From Octopus vulgaris (Eukaryota): 64,000 nucleotides of DNA. The stretch spans positions 67,146,001 through 67,210,000 of the forward strand of contig OX597817.1 of NCBI GenBank assembly GCA_951406725.2, given 5' to 3'. The notes under the pieces are model-generated. The model saw only the letters and a list, made by a program, of their open reading frames with translations, did no database searches and had not been told where the DNA came from. The position numbers and the translations under genes were made by a program. Shown here in pieces: positions 52,625 through 64,000 of this stretch; the stretch's first letter is position 1, and the number at the start of each line of letters is the position of its first letter.

Positions 52625-52855
52625 GGCGGCGAGCTGGCAGAAACGTTAGCACGCCGGGCGAAATTCGTAGCCGTATTTCGTCTGCCGTTACGTTCTGAGT
52701 TCAAATTCCGCCGAGGTCGACTTTGCCTGTCATCCTTTTGGGGTCGATAAATTAAGTACCAGTTACGCACTGGGGTCGATGTAATCGACTTAATTCGTTT
52801 GTCTGTCCTTGTTTGTCCCCTCTGTGTTTAGCCCCTTGTGGGTAGTAAAGAAATA
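52625..52855 (+). mobile_element. Full-length young SINE family B with 18-bp TSD
   Basis: TGTAGCACAAGAGAGAAA at 52607-52624 and 52856-52873; A-box-like GAGCTGGCAGAAACGTTAG and B-box GAGTTCAAATTCC; tail GTAAAGAAATA. Confidence 0.95.
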
Positions 52856-53739
52856 TGTAGCACAAGAGAGAAATGACAGTTTTTTTGTTCATTCTTTTTC
52901 TGACAATCAATTGTTTATTACAAAAATACGATGCCAATTTATTTTAGGCTGGGTGAAATACATAATTAAGGGAAGTTAGGAGAAATGACAGTTATTTCTT
53001 GCAGGTCGAATGGCGGACGTAGAAGATGAGATCAAAAACATTCTAGCGTTGTTCCATATATTATTTCTGTTTTTAAGATAACAGCATATGATTCGAATGA
53101 GATTTTGGTTGCTAATTCTAGTGTATCAAACGACCAAATTGAAGTTCCCTTATCTAAATGTAAATATTTATTGGTGTATTGGTGATTATCATACTGCAAA
53201 GATCAAAGGACAGCTAATGACCAGAACAATTTGTAAATGAACCCAACCAGAAAATGAAGGAGCGTTTTCTTGTGGTTAGTGTGTTCGACTCACAATCATA
53301 ATATCATGGGTTCAATTTATGGATTGTGAGGTGAATTGTGTCTTTGAACAAGGCACTTCATTTCATGCTGCTCTAGTTATTCACCTCAAAATAAATAGAA
53401 ACCAAATGCTGGCGAAGTTCTAGCTCGCTCCAGTTGTTATTTTCTGGATGTTTCGTTGGGTCGAAGGGCAGTAGACTGGAGAAGGTGTCTATATCTGCTG
53501 ATGCTTGCATAGTAACCAAAAACAATAAGCGAAAATATGGTACGCATTACCAAACCATACTCGTTCGCGAGTGACGACTTGTTCGTACGACGACGAGAAA
53601 GCAATTTGTGTAAATTCTTCCGTTATAATACCATCTCACAGTATGTGAATAACTCTCACAATAAACCAATGATACTCTACTGTGAGAATTGCCTTCACAA
53701 TCTACTGATTTTATACTAATTTTCCCCCTTTTTTTTCAG

Positions 53740-53881
53740 TGGTAAATAATATTTCCAAATGAACAAGAAAACAGCAAAAGTAAACAACTAAAGCTGAAAG
53801 TTTTCACTCTGATTAATGTTCTATGGAAATTGTGCATGACGAGAGATTTGAGAATTGGTTGTTGGGGGTAGGATCAGTGAG
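53740..53881 (+). other. Candidate internal exon (5' UTR plus possible start MEIVHDERFENWLLGVGSV from ATG 53823, phase-2 donor)
   Basis: Branch-like TACTAAT, pyrimidine tract and CAG acceptor at 53739; donor GAG|GTAAAG; all frames are closed early in the exon. Confidence 0.4.
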
Positions 53882-54131
53882 GTAAAGTTTCCATATATAC
53901 TTCAGTGGGTGTGTGGGTGTTGTCGTACGTTGATTAATGGATGTGAAGTTCTCACAATTAACTTATGAAGCCTGAGCATTCCTTATGAGAAATATTCCAA
54001 TTAATACATAATTAATTTTATTTATTTTCTTCATCTCCATTCATGCCTTGACTGCACAGGCGCACATTCACACACACACATACACACACATGTCTGTATG
54101 TATATATGTATGGGTGTGTGAATATATATAT

Positions 54132-54214
<83 letters not shown>

Positions 54215-55055
54215 GTGTTCCTATTTCGTTAACAGCTCTGTAATCAATAAGAATTGAAACTACTTGTAAGTTAATTATTTAATTATTGTATTAACAAAAA
54301 CCCAGTGTCGTTTCGGCACACTGGGATTTGGCTACGATGTAAACGACGTCGGCAAGAAATCCGTTGTATAGTCAGTGTTAAATATATTTGCCGCTAGAGT
54401 TTACTGACTCCCTGGTGCGGAACAATTTGAGTACAAAACAACACAAAGCGAAAGAAAAGCAGAAAATATATAAATGAACAAATAAATAAAAAAATACATA
54501 TAAATAAAATAAAATAAATCTGTGTAGATAGTACATGAAATTTCTGTTGCTCGATACATTTCAAATAAAAAAAAAAAAAAACTCGATATAATTAATCATT
54601 TTGGAGAGGAGTTTCTGAAGCTTGCTAGATAAATTTCAATGGATATTCAGAGAAGGTATATCATTATTTGTAAACAGGGAAAGCGTTTAAAATAGGAGAA
54701 ACCCCAGATTTAAATAGCTTGCAATATTAAGGTATGTCACTTTACATTCTTGGTTTAAATTCCACAGAAATCAATTTTGCCTGCCATCGTTCCCGAGTCA
54801 ATAAAGTAAGTAATACAACTCTGGTTGTACTAGTTACTTTGGGGATCGTTTAAGTTAGCTATAATACTTGCCAGATTTGGCCGTCATTATTTTGTAGATA
54901 GTGTATATACATTATTCACATACTGAAATGAAGTAGTTTATCCCGAGAAAGTGTGGCTTTTAGAGGATAGTTCTTTGTCCTGTAGGTTCTGCACGAAATG
55001 TCAGACCTCTCTTCTTTCTCACAGCAAACTAATTCAAGCGCCATAGTAATATGAA

Positions 55056-55287
55056 GGCGGCGATCTGGCAGAAACGTTAGCACGCCAGGCGAAATGATTA
55101 GCGGTATTTCGTCTGTCTTTACGTTCTGAGTTCAAATTCCGCCGAGGTCGACTTTGCCTTTCATCCTTTCGGGGTCGATTAAATAAGTACCAGTTACGCA
55201 CTGGGGTCGATATAATCGACTAAATCCGTTTGTCTGTCCTTGTTTGTCCTCTCTGTGTTTAGCCCCTTGTGGGTAGTAAAGAAATAA
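55056..55287 (+). mobile_element. Full-length SINE family B
   Basis: Near-identical to 52625-52855. Confidence 0.92.
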
Positions 55288-55984
55288 ATATGGTCATTTT
55301 CGCACTAATTTTACTTTGATTCTTCCAACTCATTTATTTTCATTACACGTTTTGTTCACCAACGTTCATACCACTGGATCTATTCGGGGCGAGGTTACAT
55401 ATTTTTGTAAATTGATTTATAAGCTTCTTTTCCATTAATTTGTGATGAAAAGAGTCCTTAAGGTGCACTGATTTGATTAGTGTTAATCATGATCCTAGTC
55501 AGGTTCTGCCTTTAAACGAATGCTAGCGATATATATCTTACTGAGTATTTTAAATTTTAAACAATAATAAAAATTTTTAATCATAAAATTGAGCCGGCAA
55601 GCCGGACTACATCTTACCCTAAGCAAGATCCGACCTACAGGTCGTAAGTTTGATATTTCTGGTCTACATCGGCTGATAGCATATAAAATCTATTCACTTA
55701 CTGAATAAAGTAGTTTGTCTTGAGAAGGAGAGAAAGTATGGTTTTTCGAGGATAGTTCTTTGTCCAGTAGGTTCCTGTACGAAATGCCAGATCTCGCTTC
55801 TTTCTCATAGTAAACTTCATAGCAAAATCCATTCCACTTTGTGGACTGTTTGCTCATAGCCACCCTGAGGGAACAGAGCCAAGGAGGGTGTCTCTATGTA
55901 GTCGCTCAATACTAGAAATATCAGCTAAATTTCCCGTATGCAATACCCTTTGTCTTTAAACGAATAAAATGGAAGGCATTTTTT

Positions 55985-56216
55985 CTTTTCTTTTACTTGT
56001 TACAATCAATGGACTGCGACCGTGCTGGGACATCAACTTGAAGGGTTTAATTGAACAAATCGATCCCAGTGCTTATTTGTTAAAACTCTGTATTTAGTTT
56101 ATTGTTCTCATTTGCCGTAAAGCTAGGCTACAGAGCCGTAAATAACCCAACACCGGTTGCCAAGCGACGTCAAACCCAAACGCGCGCGTGCTTACGCACA
56201 CACACACATATACAAT

Positions 56217-56288
<72 letters not shown>

Positions 56289-56590
56289 AACATTTATACT
56301 AGCAATACACCCCGGCGTTGCTCGGATGTCATGACACTCAACCACATATTATTTGTTCCTTTTTATGGGCAGAATTAGCACACGAGGTGTATGAAGTATA
56401 CATTTCTTCTTCATAAACATGTTTTTCAGTCGTTTTCTTATGAACAACGCTGCAGTTTCTATCAAATTCAATCACAAGTCTGTAGTTGGCCTAGGGTTAT
56501 AGAAGAAAACACTTGCCCAAGCAGAGGAACTGAACGTGGAACCATGTGGTTGAGAAGCAAACTTCTCAACCACACAGTCATTCTTGCACC
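55985..56590 (-). mobile_element. Old SINE family A containing a Helitron 3' terminus (56299-56327) beside its (TA)n
   Basis: ACTAGCAATACACCCCGGCGTTGCTCGG is the reverse complement of the hairpin plus CTAG end seen at 37243-37270. Confidence 0.65.
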
Positions 56591-57609
56591 TAATATGTGT
56601 GTGTATGTGTGTGTTTACAATTGTTGTTGATCGAGTATTGTGTCCCACTAATTATCAAAGGTAGCAGTTCATCAAGCAGCGATCTATAAAGTAAGTGCCA
56701 GATTGAAATACGTATAGAGGTCACTATGATGAATTAAATTTTTGAAGTGATACTCCATCATAGCGACAGTCGAAAGAATAAACCCAGTAAAATCATGTTT
56801 AATTACTTAATGGCTTCAAATTTAAGGTAATGGACTACTAACCACAGGATTACGAGTTCAAAACTTCGTATTGAACTTTCACTCTATACGATAACACAAT
56901 ATGTACACTTTAGTCTACTTGACTTCCAACAATTAACATTTGTAATTTGAAGTTGAATGGTTAGCAGTAAGAAAGATGTCCAGATTTCTTTAAAAAATTA
57001 TTGGGCAAAATATTCTGAGAAAAAATATTTTTCCACTGCAATAACGTACATACACACACAGAGGTGTCTCTGTGGTAACTTGAGCTACTACAAATCGCAG
57101 CCAAATCTCTCTTAAAACACACCCTTACATAAAAAGAAAGACAGATTTACATTATTTCAGGAAGAAAGAAAAAAGAACAAACTATGCAATGTGTCGGCTA
57201 CATCAGATGCAACTCTTGGCTAAACAAAACACAGACAATCATACTTCACATTAAAAGATTATCTACTAAATAATACTAATAAAGTTGACGATATATCTTC
57301 GAAGTTTCATTCCCTGGTAAAAGCTCATGTATTTTAAACATTTTCTCATTATGCTCTAAGACAAAGATGTTTCAGGTAGAATTGCCTCCCTTATCTAAAG
57401 GCATTAAAATTGTGCGACCCGACCTCGTTTTCGGGGATATCTTTGTAGTAAAATAGAGTTGTGCAAAAAACATACTTTAGTTGGTAGCCAAAGGGTTACT
57501 GAATCTTTTGATACCCCATACGTCAAAATCGGCGATTCAATTTTCAAATCCATAAGGAACATATGCACACACACACACACACAAACTCTGCTTTATTATA
57601 TAATATATA

Positions 57610-58800
57610 TATATATGACGGGCTTTTTTCAGTTTTCGTCTACACGATTCTCTCACACGGCTTGCGTTGACCTGGGGAAATAGTAGAAGACACTCGCCCA
57701 AGGTGTCACACAGTTGGGCTGTACCTGGAATTGTGTGGTTGCTAAGTAAACTTCTAACCATACAACAACACCGGCTGACAAAAAAAAATAGGCTGGATTG
57801 TCAAAGATTGAATGTCCTTTGAACATAGTTTGTTCAATTAGGAGCAAAACAGCAGCAACAACGACATATATAATTTCACATTAATATGTTGTTGATCTTT
57901 ATATTCAATACATCAGAATTCTCATTGGTCCAGATGATATTACAGAAATTGAAACTGTTTTCAGAATTCAGATCCTGTTTCAGTAGACGTGTTTATTTTT
58001 ATAATAGCGTTTCTCCATTCTCCAGCAGAGATGAAATAAATACCAATTTTATAAAGTTGGAGAATAATTCAACTGAGCCAGCGGAGGTATTGCTGTCGTT
58101 AGCGGTACTATAAATAAATTTAAAAGATAATATTCACATTTACTGCTTTGCATACATTAAACTGGGACACATACAGCAATTACATCCAATTATTGATGTT
58201 TCTTTTTTTTTCTTTCATATGCTGGCTTATGGCTGTGTTGCTAAGAAGCTCGCTTTGCAACCACATGAACTCGGGTTCAGTCTCACTACACGGCATCATA
58301 GGCAAGTGCCTTTTGCTATAGCCCCGGGCTGACCAAGACCTTGTGAGTGGATTTGGTCGATAGAAACTGTGTTGAAGCCCGCCGTATATATACATGTTTA
58401 TACAAACTGTTCATATACTGAAATAAAGTAGTTTGTCTTGAGAAAGCGTGGCTTTTCGAGGATAGTTCTTTGTCCACGACACAGAATGACATTTCTCTCT
58501 TCTTTCTCACAGCAAACTAATTCAAGCGCCATAGTAAGATACTTATTTTCGCACTACTTTTACTGCGATTCTTCTAACGTATATACATATGTGTATGTGC
58601 TTGTATTTGTGTCTGTTCCTCCTCCGTCACTAAATAACCAGTGTTGACATTGTTACGTCGCTGTAACTAAGCGGTTCAGCAGAGAGACCTATAAAATAAA
58701 TACCGGAGTAAGTACTGGAGTTGATTTCTTCTACTAAATCCTTCAAGGTAGTTCTCCAGCATTGTCATAGTCAAATAACGGAAACAAGTAAATGATAACA
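57610..58800. mobile_element. SINE family A copies (head at 57610-57775, - strand; 58228-58795, + strand, carrying the third local-repeat copy)
   Basis: Family A motifs. Confidence 0.7.
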
Positions 58801-59329
58801 GAACCAATAATTTCCGGTTTTTTTGTTCTGATTTCGGATTTCGCCGAGGTCAACTTTGCATTTCATCCCTCCTAGGTCGATAATATAAAGTACCAGTTAC
58901 TGGTCGATGGTATCGTCTAACCCCTGCCGTTAAAAATTACTAACGTCGCACATAAATTAAATACAATTTTTAATCAATAATTAATTTTCGATAATACGTC
59001 ACAGCTAAGCAATATTTATGTCTTTCTTGCCAAACATACTGGTATATATTTTGATATAGGAGAGAATGTGATCTAAGATACAAGAGTCTAATTAGTAGTC
59101 GAACAATGAATTTATTTGACTATAATATGTGTTTTATAGTTAAGAAAAACAAATCCTTCTCTGTTTGTTTAAAGCTATAGGATTGTAAAATAATTGAGAT
59201 AAAATAACTTAGATATGATTAAGTCAAAATTGGCCCATGCCATATCTCACTTAATAGCACTACCTTATAAAATCTATGAAGTAATTTTTAAGTAACATTT
59301 TGTGATATCATGGCTCATTCATGTGGAAA

Positions 59330-59610
59330 GTTGTTGACTAAGTTGTGTCCAGGTATAGGTAGCTTGTCTATTAGTATTCCTTGATAAAATTTGTCCAGAT
59401 ATCGTTTGAAGGTAAGGGGATCGTTTTTCTTCTTTGATTTGTTTTGGGATAATGTTAAATAGAGCAAAGCCTGTTGAGGTTAACTAATTGTGTTGCAATA
59501 CGTTTATGTGTTGTGAGCTTGAATTCTGCAGATGGGTGTATGGATCAGGATCTCAACCTTGGATGAATTCTGATGTTAAGGTCAATGGGGCAATGCTGGT
59601 GGTACATTCT
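59330..59610 (-). mobile_element. CR1-group LINE 3' end remnant
   Basis: Minus-strand TSTGFALFNIIPKQIKEEK followed by a frameshifted FKRYLDKIL-like segment, typical of CR1/Crack ORF2 C-termini. Confidence 0.55.
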
Positions 59611-59815
59611 TTATACTGTTCAAATTATGTAACACTTTTTATATAGAATATGTAAAAATATATCACCTTTGTTCACAATAATATCGTTGGTTACAATTTT
59701 CCAATCAATCAATCAATCAATCAATAACTGGTTCACTGTGTTTCTTATGGCAAGAATGACAAGAGATTGCCTGAGCAACTCAGGAAGAAGAAATACCACA
59801 CATGAGATCTTTACC

Positions 59816-59886
<71 letters not shown>

Positions 59887-60516
59887 ACACACACACACAC
59901 AGAGGCACACATTTTGAGTGGATTGTAGCTGCTTTTATGTGGATGTTCTACCGTCACTGAAAGTAATGGTAATTTCAATAACTCAAGAATTTATGTTGTA
60001 TGTTATTCAATATACCGTTATTTGTACTTGTCGTTCAAATATATGCCGCTGGTCACACTGAGTTATTCCTTTTAGCTCATTTTCGTGTCATTAATATAGA
60101 GTAACGAACCCCTGCAGTTATGAATGATCATGGAATTGCACCTAGAAAGTTCCCCTCAGAGACACAAGTCCGGGCAAGGTTGTTTATGAAAGACCAGCAG
60201 TCGCCCATGCATACCAGCCTTCCCTCTCCGCGTAACTGATGTTATAATCAGATTACCTAATTCTTAAAATGTTATTCGATATATTTTCACAAGGCAGTTA
60301 ATTCTTTTTTTTTTGTTTTTTACAATTTTCAATTTTAAGTGACAAATGTTTCTTGTATACTAAACTTTTCGCGAAAGCTGAGTAAAACTTTGGTGTTATG
60401 TACGATCTTTGTTCCCGTTGGGATATAATATCAACTAACTTAAAATGGGAGAAATTAACGTAATCAAAAGACCATTAAGAATCTTGCAGTATGGTGGTTT
60501 GATAAAAGTTGAAGCA

Positions 60517-60557
<41 letters not shown>

Positions 60558-61410
60558 CAACAACAACAACAACAACAACAATAGAAAGAAAACTGGAGAC
60601 TGGAAATCGTAAAACAAAGCATCTATTGAAACAGGACTAATCTTTGGTGCTTGCAGGTACTATTTGGTTATCGCCAAGACAAAGACGTTAGCTAATAGCT
60701 AGGAAACAAACTTTCTGCCACTTTGAATGTTGTCAGAGACCGCTTAAGCACCTCGGTCAAGATGCCAACACAAATTATCTTGATAATTCCTAAATATATC
60801 ATCGCGGTTAGAGGGAAACATTAATGATACAGATAATCGCGATAACCATTTGTTATTGCAGTAATACAACAAAGTCGACGATGACGACGGGGCAGCGGCA
60901 GCGGCGGCGGTGGAAGTGGCAGCACCAATAACAACGACAGTAATAATTACAACAATGATTTTTTTTTTGGTTACAAGGACATGAAACACTGAGGATAATA
61001 CAAAGAAGTACAAACGCACAAAGCAGGTTTTATACCGAGTAGAAAGAAATCAACAAAAACAAAATATGTAACACTAAAAAATCAAACAAAAAAAATTGTA
61101 AATAGTGGGAAGGCAACTCAGGATAACTGGAGGAAAATTCGCATAAAGACCCGGATTACTCTGTTACATCTAGGTTATCAAAAATGTCGTCTCACACTTT
61201 GTTCTTTCGAAAAACATGTTCTAATAGATCCATTAAACCTCTCCAGTCTTGCCACACGCATTCAGTTTTCGCCTTCCGTTAGACATCTCTCACCTTCCTC
61301 AAGTATCTTGAAGCTTAATTAACTACTTGAACAAGCTGATATGCTAGCCTAATTTATGGCATTATATAGCTGATGGTATCTGCTACTGATTGAGGAAGGG
61401 AGCCTAATGT

Positions 61411-61460
61411 GTCTTCTCTGAGGAGCGGTCAACAAACCGTAAAACTGTCCGTCAGAAAAC
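61411..61460 (+). ncRNA. Minimal type-I hammerhead ribozyme relic (core GAAA mutated to AAAA), Penelope-LTR type
   Basis: Stem I GTCTTCT/AGAAAAC, core CTGAGGA, stem II GCGGT-caacaa-ACCGT, AAAAC, short stem III AC-tgtcc-GT, cleavage triplet GTC at 61451-61453. Confidence 0.55.
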
Positions 61461-62111
61461 TTTACCCCTCCACTTTCTTTTTTGCACTTCAATAGCATAG
61501 AAAGAATGTGTTTACACTCTTAGTTCACCCACAATGAGGTTTAGCAATATTTGAATCTACTTCAGTTCTGTTTTAGCTATGTTGTGCTCTTTGATCACCT
61601 ACAAATTCGATACTTTGAAATTGCTCGTAAACCCACTCGCCTCCCTCCGTACCATTCATAGCAAAAAATTTTACTCGTGTGGCATTCGTAAAGACATGTT
61701 GTTTCTAGAGTAAATCTAACCGGAATACATTCAGTGCTGAATTTTTTTCTGAATGAACACGTGTACCGAGTTGCAATATGAAAAGCCGGCCTTTTACATA
61801 GATATATAAGTGTGAACAATTCTATGTACTATGGTGGATACATTTGGTGTTCGTTTGGTATGTTGATTTTTATTCATTTTTGTGTGTCTTGAATTATGCT
61901 TGCACTGACGATTAAAAAGTGCCTTTTGGGCACTAATTATGAAATCATATTATATGCAGCTGAATTCTGATTTTAAAATGCTCACTTCGAGAGTTGCATT
62001 TCCTCGCGTTCGGTACAATGTGTTTATTTATTATGATAGATTTGGCTTTAAGAGTCCCTCCTAGTGTGAGGCATTTATGTATAGTAATGCCCTTAATATA
62101 AGTATATAATT

Positions 62112-62171
<60 letters not shown>

Positions 62172-62685
62172 ACACAGAACCTTTTCGTCGGTGATATAAT
62201 GCTTATAGCTTGAATTGACACTTATATGTTAATAATTTTGGAACTTCCGCTGTTTTCTCGCATCATTATGTTTTCTTGCTTGCATAATGCATATCATTGC
62301 TTGAAATGGTCACCAAATTTTCGAAACAGCTGTAAAGACGTTGCGAGGACAATTTCTTTTCTTCTTAATGATATTGATGTTTATGTACATGAGAACAAAA
62401 TTTTTGATGGCACCTATAGCTGCTTACCCACCTGTTGTTTTTTTATTATTCGCTCAGCCTATGCCTTTCTTATAGTCAACTTTTGTTAAGTTAGACATTT
62501 TTCTCGTGGTTAGTATGCTAGATTTTAAGAATTAGGTCTGGTTCGAGCACTAATTTGGCGATTATCTATTCTACAACTTTACTGAAGTTTTCTTTTTTAC
62601 ACATGTGTATAAGTGTGCGCGTGTGTGCGCATGTGAGTGTGAGTGTGTGTATACGTGTGTGTGAGTGTGTCTATGTGTACATATT

Positions 62686-62729
<44 letters not shown>

Positions 62730-63759
62730 TACATACACACATTCGCGTACACACAAAAGCACGCGCGTGTATGTTTGAGTGTGTATGTGTATATATATTT
62801 ATATATATATAAATACAAACATACGTGTACACACACACACACACAGATCCACTCGTATGGCTCCTTATAAAATTAGGACCGTTGCTCAAAGTCCTATGCA
62901 ATAAATACGAGGTAAGTGTTTGGGACCACTTGGATGCGAAGCGAATTCCCTAACCATACAGCCATGCGTGTACCAATATATTTCCTATCTTTCTCACTTT
63001 ATTCCAAATTGTATGAATTATCACATCTACCACTAACCATCTTTATTTATCTAAAAAGTAGCAATAATGTGTGTTGTAGAGAAAGAAAACTATTTAACTT
63101 TTCAGACAGAACCTTTTACTTACCAATAAATTTTGTTTTTGTTCATCTCATGACACACTAACAACATAACTCCTTTTGGAATTATAGTTGAATAGACTTT
63201 CGTCAACAAATTGCGACTAGACTCGTCAAATTCTTATCAGTCGCAGTCTTTATTTTGAGGTTCTTTTATAGTTTCTTCCCGATTTCTCTCAATATCTATT
63301 TTTCAATCTCTCCCAGCCCAGCTCTTTTCACCTCCCATCCTTCCTCTCTCTCCCTCGTCTCTCTCACAATCTTAAACACAGCTAATTTTATTTGCTAGCA
63401 ATCATACTAATAAAATAGCTGAAAAAAATGTCAAAGTTCAAAGGTCATATATAATGTTAAGTACAGAAATTCCAAAATGTTTTGAGTGTATGTGACTGAA
63501 ATCAATAAAGCGCTAAAATTAAGCTTTATTCATATCTTTCAGGTTCTTACTGCTGTCGGATATCAAGTTATTTATTGTTTTGTGTACGTGTGTGCGTGCA
63601 TGTGGATGTAATTTTGTAAATGTGTGTGTGTGTGTTAGTGTTATTTTGTATATTCTTGATCTGTGTATGAATACAATATCTTCTTATTGTGGTGTGTAAG
63701 TGTGTGTGTGTAGTGTTTGTGTGGTGGAATAGGTGAACAACAAAATAATCTGGCCTTAC

Positions 63760-63826
63760 CTCGGTTACTGACTTCCTACTCCAGGGCGTGTCAAGGTGGT
63801 CTCGAGGCAAAAATACCCGTTCTTTA
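63760..63826 (-). CDS. Candidate internal coding exon, 67 nt (x)KERVFLPRDHLDTPWSRKSVTE, phase 2 in / phase 0 out
   Basis: Acceptor CCTCTCTTCTCGTTTTCAG| and donor GAG|GTAAGG; only one open frame; GC-richer unique island. Protein not recognised. Confidence 0.5.
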
Positions 63827-64000
63827 CTGAAAACGAGAAGAGAGGTACAAATTTCAATGGCTTTCAGAAACGACGAACGCTAACCACCCTCTGGCATCTA
63901 ACTTTGTTACCATGGGCGGACATATAGATATCTGTCTATCACACAAGCTGAGCTTGATCTAAATATCTCTTTACAAAACAGTATGCTAACAAAGAATTAA

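Larger units (their letters stand above)
54922..58538 (+). repeat. Three dispersed copies of a ~120-bp local repeat (~54922-55050, ~55700-55816, ~58417-58538)
   Basis: Shared AAGTAGTTT..GAGAA..TGG.TTTT.GAGGATAGTTCTTTGTCC..CTTCTTTCTCA.AG.AAACT. Confidence 0.85.

Noticed and set aside
63543-63600. Plus-strand acceptor CATATCTTTCAG at 63542
   Set aside because: No convincing donor or informative frame follows; it runs into TG-rich low-complexity sequence.

Overview
Gene-poor, AT-rich animal genomic DNA. The SINE families and the dense (TA)n/(CA)n/(TATC)n/(TATG)n/(AAT)n microsatellites point to an octopus or other coleoid cephalopod; this is inferred from repeat content only. No complete host gene is visible, and nearly all ORF-track entries are microsatellite or SINE artefacts. 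The window is dominated by mobile DNA. There are two inverted copies of a non-coding LTR element; the complete copy at 19948-22675 has a CCTT TSD, a tRNA-Trp PBS, a PPT, and LTRs that match in R/U5 but differ in U3. Other retroelements are an ORF1-only polyadenylated L1/Tx1-like element, an R4/Dong-like LINE that has lost its RT, Penelope relics with hammerhead-ribozyme remnants, a CR1-like end and dozens of tRNA-derived SINEs. DNA transposons include Tigger, maT, mariner, hAT, Helitron and Crypton-like elements. Several isolated candidate exons on both strands suggest the window lies in the large 5' introns of one or two host genes. All alignments and folds were done by eye, so boundaries of degenerate elements are approximate.
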